Positions 1 to 8,873 of a stretch of 64,000 nucleotides of DNA are shown piece by piece. The notes below the pieces were generated by a model. It searched no databases and was not told the origin of the DNA. It saw only the letters and a list, made by a program, of their open reading frames with translations. The stretch spans positions 64,001-128,000 of the forward strand of contig CAWISW010000003.1 in assembly GCA_963838925.1 (NCBI GenBank), in the 5' to 3' direction. A program made the translations under genes and the position numbers. The DNA comes from an uncultured Nitrososphaerota archaeon. Lineage in GTDB: Archaea; Thermoproteota; Nitrososphaeria; Nitrososphaerales; Gagatemarchaeaceae. How positions within the stretch are numbered: the first letter of the stretch is position 1; the number at the start of each line of letters is the position of its first letter.

Positions 1-73
1 AGCACTCCTCGGGGTACGTCGACTCGGCGTGGGCGTGGATGTCCTCGAAGGTCCGTCTGCCTATCCTGATCAA
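1..73 (-). CDS. JAB/MPN (M67 family) metallopeptidase, N-terminal fragment running off the window
   Basis: Manual translation from TTG at 73: MIRIGRRTFEDIHAHAESTYPEEC, matching the hxxHAxxxYPxEC start of Mov34/MPN (Mec+-like) peptidases; not in the ORF track. Confidence 0.7.
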   Translation of the reverse strand, partial: MIRIGRRTFEDIHAHAESTYPEEC

Positions 74-277
74 GTCCCCTTCGTCACGCCCCTACAGATT
101 GTCGGATATGGTGTTTCGAGGCGAAAGAAATGCTCGTCAAAACGCCCTTCCATCATGACTAGAATCGGGTCCTCGGACCCGACCCAGTTCATAAATGTGA
201 TGGTGGGGTATTCCTATCAGAATTATGTAGGAGGCTGAGCGTGCGCGTCCGTCGGGAGGAATGGGTATGTGCCCGCT

Positions 278-1927
278 TTACATTCCGGGCATGCCGCCCA
301 TTCCGCCCATCCCACCCATGCCGCCTCCACCGCCGCCCGGTGGGGCCGACATCTTGCTGGATGCGATGACGTCGTCGATCCTGAGGAGCATCGACGCCGC
401 CTCGGTCGCGGCCTTTAGTATCTGGAGCTTCACGGCGAGAGGCTCGACCACTCCCCTGGTCATCATGTTGGAGACCTTTCCGGAGAGAGCGTCGACTCCT
501 GCCCACTTCTCGCCCTTGGCGTGCCTTGCCCTCAGCTCCACCTGGGTGTCGATGGCGTCCATCCCCGCGTTCTCTGCGAGGATCGTCGCGATGATCTCGA
601 TCGCCTCCGAGAACTTGAGCGCGGCGAGCTGCTCCCTGCCGGTGAGCTTGCCTGCCCACTCCCTCACCTGGTACGCGACCTCGACCTCTGGCGCTCCGCC
701 TCCCGCCACGATGGCCGGGTTCTCGATGACGTCCTTTGTGACCATTATCGCGTCGTGCATCGACCTCTCAGCCTCGTCGACGACGCGCTGCGAGCCTCCG
801 CGGATGAGCAGTGTCACTGCCTTCGGGTTCTTCGCTCCCTCGATGAAGACCCACTTGTCGTCCTCTACCTTCCTCTCCTCCGCGATCTTGGCGTTGCCAA
901 GGTCCTTCGTAGAGAGGTCGTCGAGGTTCGTGACTATCCTGGCTCCCGTGGCCTTTGATATCTTGGTCATGTCGCTCTCCTTCACTCGCCTGACCGCCAT
1001 GATGCCCGCCCTCGCGAGGTACTGCTGGGCGCTGTCGTCGATGCCCTTCTGGCAGACGAGCACGTTCGCCCCTGAATCGGAGATCTTCTTGACCATGCCC
1101 TTCAGGATGTTGTTCTCCTCCTCGAGGAACTCCTGCATCTGGCTGGGGTCGTTTATCCTAATCTCTGCGCTGAACTCGGTCTTCTCGATCTCAAGTGGCG
1201 AGTTGACGAGCGCGATCTTTGCGCCCTCGATCTTCTTGGGCATCGCCGAGTGGACGACTTCCTTGTCGAGCGCGACTCCAGAGATGAGCTTGGTGTCCAT
1301 CATGGAGCCTCCGGGCTTCTTCTCGACCTTCACGTTGTCGATGTCCACCCTGTAGGTGCCGTCCTCTTGCTTCTCCGCGACCTGCGTGACCGCGTCCACG
1401 ACGAGGCCTGCGAGGAAGGGCGCGTCGTCTGAGACGAGCTTGGTCTGCATGCTGGTCGTCGCCACCTTGATGAGGTCAGCCCTCGAGGTGGGGTCGACCT
1501 TCTCGGCGATCTTCTGGAGGACCGCCTCCGCCTTCTCGAGCGCCTTCATGTATCCGTCCACGACCACGGTCGGGTGGACGTCCTGGTTGATCAGCTCCTC
1601 GGCCTTCTCGAGAAGAGAGCCTGCGAGGATGACGCCGGAGGTGGTGCCGTCGCCCACCTCGTTGTCGGTGGCCTTGCTGATCTCGACCATCATCTTCGCG
1701 GCTGGGTGCTGAACGTCAATCTCCTTCAGCATCGTCGCGCCGTCGTTGGTAATCGTCACGTCGCCGAGCGAGTCGACGAGCATCTTGTCCATGCCCCTGG
1801 GACCCAGGGAGGTCTTCACGAGCTCAGCGATGAGCTTCGCGGCCTGGATGTTGTTGCGCTGCGCTTCCCTGCCCTTCGACTCTGAACTGCCTTCTTTTAG
1901 AATGATATACTGCGGACCGTTCGACAT
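278..1927 (-). CDS. ths: Thermosome (group II chaperonin) subunit
   Basis: 549 aa; [28 protein letters not shown] motifs; GGM-repeat C-terminal tail. Confidence 0.98.
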   Translation of the reverse strand: MSNGPQYIILKEGSSESKGREAQRNNIQAAKLIAELVKTSLGPRGMDKMLVDSLGDVTITNDGATMLKEIDVQHPAAKMMVEISKATDNEVGDGTTSGVILAGSLLEKAEELINQDVHPTVVVDGYMKALEKAEAVLQKIAEKVDPTSRADLIKVATTSMQTKLVSDDAPFLAGLVVDAVTQVAEKQEDGTYRVDIDNVKVEKKPGGSMMDTKLISGVALDKEVVHSAMPKKIEGAKIALVNSPLEIEKTEFSAEIRINDPSQMQEFLEEENNILKGMVKKISDSGANVLVCQKGIDDSAQQYLARAGIMAVRRVKESDMTKISKATGARIVTNLDDLSTKDLGNAKIAEERKVEDDKWVFIEGAKNPKAVTLLIRGGSQRVVDEAERSMHDAIMVTKDVIENPAIVAGGGAPEVEVAYQVREWAGKLTGREQLAALKFSEAIEIIATILAENAGMDAIDTQVELRARHAKGEKWAGVDALSGKVSNMMTRGVVEPLAVKLQILKAATEAASMLLRIDDVIASSKMSAPPGGGGGGMGGMGGMGGMPGM

Positions 1928-1945
1928 CTAATAATGCACTGGCGG

Positions 1946-1969
1946 TATACAACTTACCGTTGTATATAA
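1946..1969. promoter_or_regulatory. Inverted repeat overlapping the thermosome TATA box
   Basis: TATACAAC-TTACC-GTTGTATA (1946-1966); TTATATA on the minus strand at 1963-1969. Confidence 0.55.
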
Positions 1970-2066
1970 TCGTTACGCGGGGCGGTTTCAGGGCATTTTA
2001 CAGAATCGGGCGACATCTGGAGGCGGCCTTCCCCTTATCAATGACCTCATTCCTCGCAGGCAGGCT

Positions 2067-2441
2067 TTGGGCATCGCGTACGGAGGGCTGGTCGAGGTGA
2101 GGCCGTGCCCGCACGGGAGAGGGCTCTTCGCGACCAGGGACATCGAAGAGGGCAGCGTCATTCGCGAGTTCGAAGACCTAGTCCTGACTTCCAGCCCGAC
2201 CTCGACCCCGGAGGGGAGGTACGCCCTGCAAATAGGCGAAAACGAGTACTGGGACGGGTTTCCAGCGGGAAGCACGGACTATTGGTCGAACTTCATCGAC
2301 CACAGCAGCGACCCCAACGCGGCGTTCGTCATCGACGGCGACAGGAAGAGGGCGCGGTTCAAGGCGACGAAGCGAATAGAGAGGGGCCAGGAGCTATTCG
2401 TCGATTACAGGGCTTACCATCATACCAACCCCGTCTTCTGA
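2067..2441 (+). CDS. SET domain protein (putative lysine methyltransferase)
   Basis: HGRGLFATRDI, NFIDHSSDPNA (NHSCxPN variant), ELFVDY motifs; TTG start. Confidence 0.88.
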   Translation: MGIAYGGLVEVRPCPHGRGLFATRDIEEGSVIREFEDLVLTSSPTSTPEGRYALQIGENEYWDGFPAGSTDYWSNFIDHSSDPNAAFVIDGDRKRARFKATKRIERGQELFVDYRAYHHTNPVF

Positions 2442-2896
2442 GGGACCGGTGGCTCCTCGCTCAGGTCTTTGGGAGCCCTGGACATCAGGGCGACGAAGGT
2501 GAGAAGGTAGTTGATGCAGTAGAGCGAGATGCAGACGAGGCAGTACACGCCGTGGAGGAGCGTGAACTCGATGTACCACGGGTAGAGCGTGAAGATGTTC
2601 CCGATCATCAGGAACGGCACCAGGACGGACCCTAGGGGGTTCCCGTACTTGCGGATGGCCAAGAGGCCGGCGAGGATGCAGACCGGGAACCATACGACCC
2701 CGTAGACCCAGAAGTCGATGCCGAGGACCGTAGTGTAGCCGCTCGCGAAGACCGCCTGGCAGCTGAACACCGATGAGAAGCTGCAAGACGTTAGGGTGAA
2801 CGTTATCTCTCCGTAGGCGTGGTAGACGGCTACCGCGACGCCCATGACTGAGAGGGCGATGAAGGCTTTGGAGCGCCAGTCGTAGGCCAAGGCCAA
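2420..2896 (-). CDS. Vitamin K epoxide reductase (VKOR) family membrane protein
   Basis: Loop cysteines CSFSSVFSCQAV, active-site CLVC, about four TM segments. Confidence 0.9.
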   Translation of the reverse strand: MALAYDWRSKAFIALSVMGVAVAVYHAYGEITFTLTSCSFSSVFSCQAVFASGYTTVLGIDFWVYGVVWFPVCILAGLLAIRKYGNPLGSVLVPFLMIGNIFTLYPWYIEFTLLHGVYCLVCISLYCINYLLTFVALMSRAPKDLSEEPPVPQKTGLV

Positions 2897-2900
2897 GCGC

Positions 2901-3845
2901 CTAGACCCAGTAGGTGAGGCGTGTCGGCGCGAGCCTGGTGACAGAGGCCGAAGGCGCGGGCCCGGTCAGCACGGCATCCGAGGCCATGAGCTGCGAGCCG
3001 CTCGAGGGCGACGGCCTGGTGTAGCTCGCGGTCTGCGCGAGGCCCTGGGAGCAGATGCTCGTGGGCGCGCCTCCGTCGATCTTGCATATGATCGAGATCA
3101 GCCGGTTGGCGGCTCCGTCGATGTACAGCGCGTAGGTGCTGCTCGGCGTGTTTAGCTGGGAGGCGATCTGCGTCCAGTTGGCGTTGGCGAGGGTCGGAGG
3201 GGTGTACTGGGAGCCAGTTAGGATGTACTGGTTCGCAAAGTCCACGAACGGGATCGATTGGGCGTTGTCATACTTGTTCATGAGCGCGGTCGAGTTCGCG
3301 TCGGGGGTCTGGAGCGCGAGGTGGTTCCGGTCGACTTGCTCGAACTCCTTGAAGGTGATGTACTTGCTCACGTAGGTCGCGTCCTTGAGCGTGAAGGTGT
3401 CGGTGTTGGGGTAGCTCTCGGGGGCCGGGGCCGACTGCATGTACTCGATCCGGGTGAAGTTCCCGAACTTGTCCAGAGCCACGATCATCGCCCAGCGCTC
3501 CGCCGCGCAGAACGGGCAGTACTCGGCGCCTACGTAGAGGACCTCGGGCTTGCCGTCGAGGAGGAGCGGCGAGGTGGGGGTGACGGCGCTGGTGGTCGTC
3601 GAGGTGGGCGACGAGACGCCCGTCGGGCCAGAGCCCACCTGGTCGAGGGTCGCGACGCTCACGTCGTTGAGCTCGTTGAGCACGGGGTTCTGGGGGACCG
3701 CCTGCCCGATGAGCGGGCTGCCGGAGGCGGCGCCCGAGGTCGTGAAGATGTAATAGCCGACCACGCCAGTGACAACTACCAACCCGAGTATGATGTATGG
3801 CGTGTAAGACCGCTTGGTCCCGGACCTTCGGCCCTTTCGACTCAT
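2901..3845 (-). CDS. DUF929-family thioredoxin-fold membrane-anchored protein
   Basis: N-terminal TM; GKPEVLYVGAEYCPFCAAERW, SIPFVDF (cis-Pro loop), C-terminal Cys pair. Confidence 0.85.
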   Translation of the reverse strand: MSRKGRRSGTKRSYTPYIILGLVVVTGVVGYYIFTTSGAASGSPLIGQAVPQNPVLNELNDVSVATLDQVGSGPTGVSSPTSTTTSAVTPTSPLLLDGKPEVLYVGAEYCPFCAAERWAMIVALDKFGNFTRIEYMQSAPAPESYPNTDTFTLKDATYVSKYITFKEFEQVDRNHLALQTPDANSTALMNKYDNAQSIPFVDFANQYILTGSQYTPPTLANANWTQIASQLNTPSSTYALYIDGAANRLISIICKIDGGAPTSICSQGLAQTASYTRPSPSSGSQLMASDAVLTGPAPSASVTRLAPTRLTYWV

Positions 3846-3895
3846 CTTTCCGGTGCACCGACCCCACGGCGTAATATAACTTGTGGAAAGATTGG

Positions 3896-4465
3896 CTATT
3901 CCGTCCGCTGGCGGTGGCGGGCCCCGCCCTTAGCGACGAGGACGTCGGTGGACTTTACTATGGCCTCCACCTCGTCGCCCTCCTCCAGGGCGAGGTCTTC
4001 GACCGCATCGTTCGTGATGATCGAAGTCAGCGTGTTGGCCGAGACGAGGCGCATCTTCACCTGGGAGGTAACCACCCCCCTCTTGACCTCGACCACCTTC
4101 GCCCGGAGCCTGTTTCGCGCGCTAAGCCTGTAGCCGACGTCCTCCCAGGCCTCCTTGTCGTCGAGCATGTTGAAGAGCATCTTCCGCGTCTTCCTGAACT
4201 CCTTCAGCAGCTGCACCCCGTCCGGGGTCAGGGTCGCGCCTCCCCCTGTCTTGCCGCCCACCTTCGTCTCTACGAGGCGCCGGTGGAGCTTCTCCTCCAT
4301 CGCCTTGACGCGGTCCCAAGCGTTCCGGTAAGATATCCCGACCTCCTTCGCCGCCTCGGTGAGGGAGCGCGTCTCGTCGACCCGCCTCAACAAGAAGGCG
4401 TCGGTCTGGTCGAGCATCACCTCGCTCTTCGCATCCTCCATCCAGAGGCGAAACGCGGGCGTCAA
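3896..4465 (-). CDS. modE: ModE-family molybdate-responsive regulator (wHTH + TOBE)
   Basis: SLTEAAKEVGISYRNAW, GGKTGGGATLT, LSARNRL, IVKSTDV TOBE motif; directly downstream of the Mo/W ABC genes. Confidence 0.9.
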   Translation of the reverse strand: MTPAFRLWMEDAKSEVMLDQTDAFLLRRVDETRSLTEAAKEVGISYRNAWDRVKAMEEKLHRRLVETKVGGKTGGGATLTPDGVQLLKEFRKTRKMLFNMLDDKEAWEDVGYRLSARNRLRAKVVEVKRGVVTSQVKMRLVSANTLTSIITNDAVEDLALEEGDEVEAIVKSTDVLVAKGGARHRQRTE

Positions 4466-4568
4466 AGGCGGTTCGGGCTTCTTTGGCGTTGGCTTGGCAC
4501 CCTCGCGACCAAGGGTGGCGGCTCGGTATAAACGGTTGCGCGAGCGCGAGGGGCTCGGCCTCTGCCTG

Positions 4569-5342
4569 CTACCTCTTCCGGATGAAGTGTGCGGCCAACG
4601 CGATGGGCAGCGAGACGAGGATCATCATGGCGGACGCCGTCACCGACGCGTTGAGGCCTCCGGGGAGGCCTCCAGTGAAGAGCTCGTAGATCGAGACCGA
4701 TGCGGGGCTCACGCCGTAGAAGGGATACTGCAGCACGTAGTACGCGATGATTGAGATGGAGCCGAACTCGCTGAGGGCCCTGCTCATCGAGATGAGCGAG
4801 GCGCTCTCCACGCCCGGGACGGAGCTCGGAAGGACGACCGAGAATAGCGTGCGCAGCCTGGACGCCCCCAGCCCCATCGCGAACTCCTCGGGGGAGGCGT
4901 CCCTGGACTCTAGGTATGGCTGCAGGGACTTTACGTAAATGGGCGCGGACATCACGACCAGCGCCACGACGAGCCCGAGGATCGTGTTGTAGAAGTTGAT
5001 CCCGATGGACAGCAGGAACCTCCCGCTCGGGGTCAGCGGGCTGTCCAAGATCAGGAGGGCCACGCCGATGATCGGGTGAGGCACGCTCACGGGGATGTCG
5101 ACGAGGGTCTCGGCGACCCTGTCTCGGCTCCTGGCGAGGTAGTACGCGAGCGGGGTGAAGAGCAGCACGTTGACCACCACTGCCAGCGCGGAGGAGACGA
5201 ACGAGAGCTCGATGGAGCGAAAGATCTGGACGGAGTAGCCCGCGGGGTTCCTGAGAGGGCCTAGACCGTAGTACAGGATGACGGCTATCGGGATAAGGAG
5301 GAGGAGGACCACGATGAGGGAGACGGCTCTGAGCCCGTTCAT
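4569..5342 (-). CDS. Molybdate/tungstate ABC transporter permease (ModB/WtpB)
   Basis: TM helices; EAA-like loop EEFAMGLGASRLRTLFSVVLP; RALSEFG motif. Confidence 0.88.
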   Translation of the reverse strand: MNGLRAVSLIVVLLLLIPIAVILYYGLGPLRNPAGYSVQIFRSIELSFVSSALAVVVNVLLFTPLAYYLARSRDRVAETLVDIPVSVPHPIIGVALLILDSPLTPSGRFLLSIGINFYNTILGLVVALVVMSAPIYVKSLQPYLESRDASPEEFAMGLGASRLRTLFSVVLPSSVPGVESASLISMSRALSEFGSISIIAYYVLQYPFYGVSPASVSIYELFTGGLPGGLNASVTASAMMILVSLPIALAAHFIRKR

Positions 5343-5352
5343 GATGGGGAGC

Positions 5353-6483
5353 CTACGGAAGTTCTCCGGCTTCGACTACAAGGCCCTGCGAGACAAGGGC
5401 CTGGACGGCCGCGGGGGGCGGGACGTTGTTGTACAGCATCGCGACTGCGAACGGCTGCAGGCCGTAGGAGGAGAGCGTCTTCGCGTTCTGGACGACGTAC
5501 TGGACGAACTGGAGCGCCTCGGCCGTGTTGACCGAGCTCAGGGGAACGGTGATGCACAGGATGATCGCCGCTCCAGCGGTCTTCCCCGCCGAATCGGTGT
5601 ATGAGAAGTTCGAGTAGAATGTGCCCAGGCTCGGGCTCCCCAGGTTGACGTGGCTGTCCAGGGCGATGAACTTGAGGCCGGCGGCGACCGCGGCCGACTT
5701 GTAGATGAAGAGGAACTGGATCTGGCCCGCCTGGAGGGGGGCGACGAGGGCGGCCGCGTTGGTGCCCGTCACGTTCGCGTTGTTCTGGAGCAGCGGGCTC
5801 ACGTAGGCCTGCTGGTCTCCGCCCGAGTAGAGGTGGCCGGCCGCCTCAAGGACGAGCCAGCCTCGGAGGCCCGCCGGGTCGGCGACCGGGTTCGAGATGC
5901 CCAGCTTGACGCCGCCGGAGGTCAGGGCCAGGTAGAAGGCGTTCCAGTCCGACGTCGCGTTCGACTTGGCCGCCGTGCTCGCCAGGCTGATGACGTTGGC
6001 GGCCGCGGAGGTCTGCGTGGCGTTCGAGTAGGCGAGGACCATCTGGTCCGAGGCGAAGCCGACCGCCCAGTTCGAGGTGAGGTTCTTCAGGTACTGCGCC
6101 GAGGTCGCGGCGAGAGCTACAGACACGAAGACGTCGTCGGGGGCCCCCGCGGCGATCTGGTTGGCGTCGGCGAACGAGCCGGCCGACTTCACCGGCGCTA
6201 CCTGCGCGCCGGTGCTGGTGGCGAACCCGTTGAGGAGGGAGGTGACCTCGGCGGCGTAGGCGTCGGCGGAGTACGAGATCATCGGGGCGCCCGTGGTGGT
6301 CACGGATGTGACGACCGAGGTCGTCACAGAGGTCGAGACGGACGTTGCCGTCGTGGTGGAGACCGACGTGGAAGTCTCCGCGGGCTTCGTGTAGACGACG
6401 TAGCTCGCCACCAGGATCACCACCATGACCGCGGCGACCGAGCCTGCGGCGACGGTTGAGACTCCAGCCCTCCGCATCTTCAT
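5353..6483 (-). CDS. Molybdate/tungstate ABC substrate-binding protein (ModA/WtpA-like)
   Basis: Class III-like signal (RRAG|VS), Ser/Thr linker, SAGS, ISNPVADPAG, FIYKSAA motifs. Confidence 0.85.
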   Translation of the reverse strand: MKMRRAGVSTVAAGSVAAVMVVILVASYVVYTKPAETSTSVSTTTATSVSTSVTTSVVTSVTTTGAPMISYSADAYAAEVTSLLNGFATSTGAQVAPVKSAGSFADANQIAAGAPDDVFVSVALAATSAQYLKNLTSNWAVGFASDQMVLAYSNATQTSAAANVISLASTAAKSNATSDWNAFYLALTSGGVKLGISNPVADPAGLRGWLVLEAAGHLYSGGDQQAYVSPLLQNNANVTGTNAAALVAPLQAGQIQFLFIYKSAAVAAGLKFIALDSHVNLGSPSLGTFYSNFSYTDSAGKTAGAAIILCITVPLSSVNTAEALQFVQYVVQNAKTLSSYGLQPFAVAMLYNNVPPPAAVQALVSQGLVVEAGELP

Positions 6484-6488
6484 GGGTT

Positions 6489-6516
6489 AACGATATGCAT
6501 GACGTTGCATAACGCT
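6489..6516. promoter_or_regulatory. ModE-box-like operator between the divergent modA/wtpA and ATPase genes
   Basis: CGATATGCA-TGACGT-TGCATAACG (6491-6514): 9-bp inverted repeat, 1 mismatch, 6-nt spacer, same architecture as the bacterial CGxTATATA-N6-TATATAxCG ModE box. Confidence 0.8.
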
Positions 6517-6549
6517 ATTTATCTTTTGGGAGAAAGGCGCGAGCTGGGC

Positions 6550-7155
6550 TTGATCGAGGCGTCAGTGCAGAAGCGGTTCGGCCAGTTCTCGCTCGACGCG
6601 AGCATTAGCGAAGGCGGCTTCATCTGCCTGGCGGGGAAGAACGGCTCTGGCAAGACCACCTTCCTCAGGATCGTGGCGGGCCTGACCGCGCCCGACGGCG
6701 GGCACGTGAAGATCAACGGCAGGGAGGTCACGGGCCTGCCCCTCGAGAGAAAGGGCGTGGTGATGGTGACGCCGGAGTCTTCCATTCCCAGCCTCGAGGT
6801 GGACGGGCACCTCCGATGGGGCGCTAAGCTGAAGCGCGTAGAGATCGGCGAGGAGAGGCTGGAATCGGTCAAGGCGAAGTTGGGGCTGGACTTCCACGGG
6901 AAGGTCGGCAAGCTGAGCCTCGGGATGCGTGAACGGGTCTCGCTCGCGACGGCGCTCCTCTCGGCGCCGGCGGGGATTCTCGTAGACGAGGCTTTCTCAA
7001 ACCTGCACGAGCGCGAGGAGTTCATCGCTTCCTACCGGAAGCTTACGACTGAAGCGGGGATTGACGTGGTCTTCTCCACGCAAGACGAGTCTGACGGGAG
7101 GCTCGCCGAGCACCTTTACCTGATGGAGGAGGGCAGGATGGCTAGGAGGTTCTGA
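6550..7155 (+). CDS. Molybdate/tungstate ABC ATP-binding subunit (ModC/WtpC-like)
   Basis: Walker A GKNGSGKT, signature LSLGM, Walker B LVDEAF; likely TTG start at 6550, ~27 nt after TTTAT. Confidence 0.85.
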   Translation: MIEASVQKRFGQFSLDASISEGGFICLAGKNGSGKTTFLRIVAGLTAPDGGHVKINGREVTGLPLERKGVVMVTPESSIPSLEVDGHLRWGAKLKRVEIGEERLESVKAKLGLDFHGKVGKLSLGMRERVSLATALLSAPAGILVDEAFSNLHEREEFIASYRKLTTEAGIDVVFSTQDESDGRLAEHLYLMEEGRMARRF

Positions 7156-7161
7156 GGGCGC

Positions 7162-7359
7162 TCAGACCTTCTGCGCCTGGGGCCTAAACTCGTAGCCGCA
7201 CCTGATGCAGATCCGGCGCCCTGGGGCTTCGGAGATGATCTGCTTGGTGCCGCACTTCGGACACTCCACCGGCGTCTGGGCCGGGCCCACGGAGATGCTG
7301 TGCTGCTCTCTGACCTTGTCGATTGCCTTCGCGTAAGCGTCACGGTGTGATCTTGCCAC
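7162..7359 (-). CDS. Small zinc-ribbon protein
   Basis: 65 aa with CPKC...CIRC; TATA-like TATAT upstream. Confidence 0.65.
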   Translation of the reverse strand: MARSHRDAYAKAIDKVREQHSISVGPAQTPVECPKCGTKQIISEAPGRRICIRCGYEFRPQAQKV

Positions 7360-7449
7360 TTTGTGATATACCTGAAGAAGGGCCTTTCGCCACCATGCTA
7401 TAAGGCATGTGCATCTGCCACGAGGACCTCGTTGGGCCCCTCGGCACGG

Positions 7450-8139
7450 CTAGATGTGCGACAGCTCTGCGGGGGAGATGTAGTCCAGCTCCTTCTCCCT
7501 CTGCCTGTAGTCGGGGCAGACGCGGGCCAGCTTCCTCTTGAACGCGGGCGAGTGGTTGAACTCCTCGAGGTGCGTCACCTCGTGGAGGACGACGTATTCG
7601 CGCAGCCGTTCGGGGAGCGCGATCAGCTGCCAGCTGAATGAGATCCTGCCGGTCCTCGTGCAGTAGCCCCAGTTCTTTATCTCCCTCACGTCCGCCCGCT
7701 TGTAGGCCGCGGGCAAGGTAGGGGCTAGCTCGCCGAGCTTCTTCATCACGTATCTCGACGTCTCCTTCAGGAACCACCTGCGAACGAGCTCCCGCACCCT
7801 CGACGGGTCGCTGGCTCGGACGACGAGCGTCCCGCGTTCCAGGTCGGGGAGAAGCTCCTCCCTCTCCCTTCCTTCTTCGTGGATGATGTCCAGGAACCTG
7901 CCGTCGAACATCACCCTGCGGTCGTCGAGTATCCTCTTGGTGCTCCGCATCTCCTCGTACTTCTCCAGTATCCATTCGCGCCTTTGGCTGATCGACCTGC
8001 TGGCGTCGCCGAGCTGCCCCCGGGGTAGGACGACCTCGAGCGTCAGATCCGGCCTGAACCTGAAGTACGTGTAGCGCCTGCTCGTGCCACGCAGCACCAG
8101 GTACTCGATGCGCCTCCCGCCTATCTCGAGGGTGGGCAA
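7450..8139 (-). CDS. M48/YgjP (DUF45, SprT-like) metal-dependent hydrolase
   Basis: NWGYC, YVVLHEVTHLEEFNHS (HExxH). Confidence 0.9.
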   Translation of the reverse strand: MPTLEIGGRRIEYLVLRGTSRRYTYFRFRPDLTLEVVLPRGQLGDASRSISQRREWILEKYEEMRSTKRILDDRRVMFDGRFLDIIHEEGREREELLPDLERGTLVVRASDPSRVRELVRRWFLKETSRYVMKKLGELAPTLPAAYKRADVREIKNWGYCTRTGRISFSWQLIALPERLREYVVLHEVTHLEEFNHSPAFKRKLARVCPDYRQREKELDYISPAELSHI

Positions 8140-8335
8140 GAGATGTTCGCGACGTTGCTCGGGCCGTTCGCTTTTAACCCTGCGACTGACTCGGGGCCTT
8201 TCGACGGCTGTTCCAGTTGCTTTTTGAGCCGGACCGGTAAAGCAGGCTTTACTTGATATGGTGCGTAATACCTACTTGGTAGCAAATTACTACTAGGTTT
8301 ATATGCGGTACTGTTTTACTACTAATTGACCGAAA

Positions 8336-8752
8336 ATGACCGCGATATTGGATCCGTTAATTCCGTACACAGGATACCTCGCCTTGATCCTGAGGGTGTG
8401 GGTGGGAGCGAACTTCGTCATCCACGCGCGCCCGAAGATACAGAGCATGCCGCAGACCATCCAGAGCATGAAGGGACTAGGGGTCCCAGCGGGAGCGACC
8501 TACGCCGCGACCGCGCTGGAGCTAGGCGGAGGGATAGCGCTGATATTGGGGCTGCTCGTCCCGATAGTGGGCCTGTTCTTCGTCCTCTTCATGGTGTCCG
8601 CCTCTGTGATGAAGAAGCGCAAGATGCACGCTGACTACATCTCCGCAGGGAAGCCCTCCTACGAGGTCGACATCCTCTACGTGGCTCTGGCCCTCGTACT
8701 CGTGTTCCTGGGCGCCGGTGTGCTCTCTCTCGACGGGGCTCTAGGCATCTAG
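8336..8752 (+). CDS. DoxX family membrane protein
   Basis: LILRVWVG..F..H..K, ELGGG.ALILGLL, YE...L, GAG.LSLD motifs. Confidence 0.9.
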   Translation: MTAILDPLIPYTGYLALILRVWVGANFVIHARPKIQSMPQTIQSMKGLGVPAGATYAATALELGGGIALILGLLVPIVGLFFVLFMVSASVMKKRKMHADYISAGKPSYEVDILYVALALVLVFLGAGVLSLDGALGI

Positions 8753-8873
8753 GGCTGGAAACCTCCAGCCTTAGGCCCCGTCGAGGGCGTTTTTTCTAGG
8801 GTCCGTTGCCGTTGGACCAATCGCGAAACCCTTTTTGTCTATTGGTCCCTGCCTGCCAAACCAGTCAGCTCGC

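Noticed and set aside
197-238. Possible box C/D sRNA (GTGATGG ... CAGA ... CTGA)
   Set aside because: Box C is imperfect, and the second guide region is too short (~5 nt) for an archaeal C/D RNA.
278-345. Tandem GC-rich repeats at the thermosome 3' end, and Ser/Thr codon repeats at ~36230-36350 and ~56640-56790
   Set aside because: They encode the normal GGM tail and S/T linkers; not CRISPR or satellite arrays.
261-1355. Long antisense ORFs (also 18459..20381, 37732..39900, 51728..53395, 61438..62760)
   Set aside because: Shadow frames of well-supported genes on the opposite strand; expected with high GC3 and carrying no motifs.
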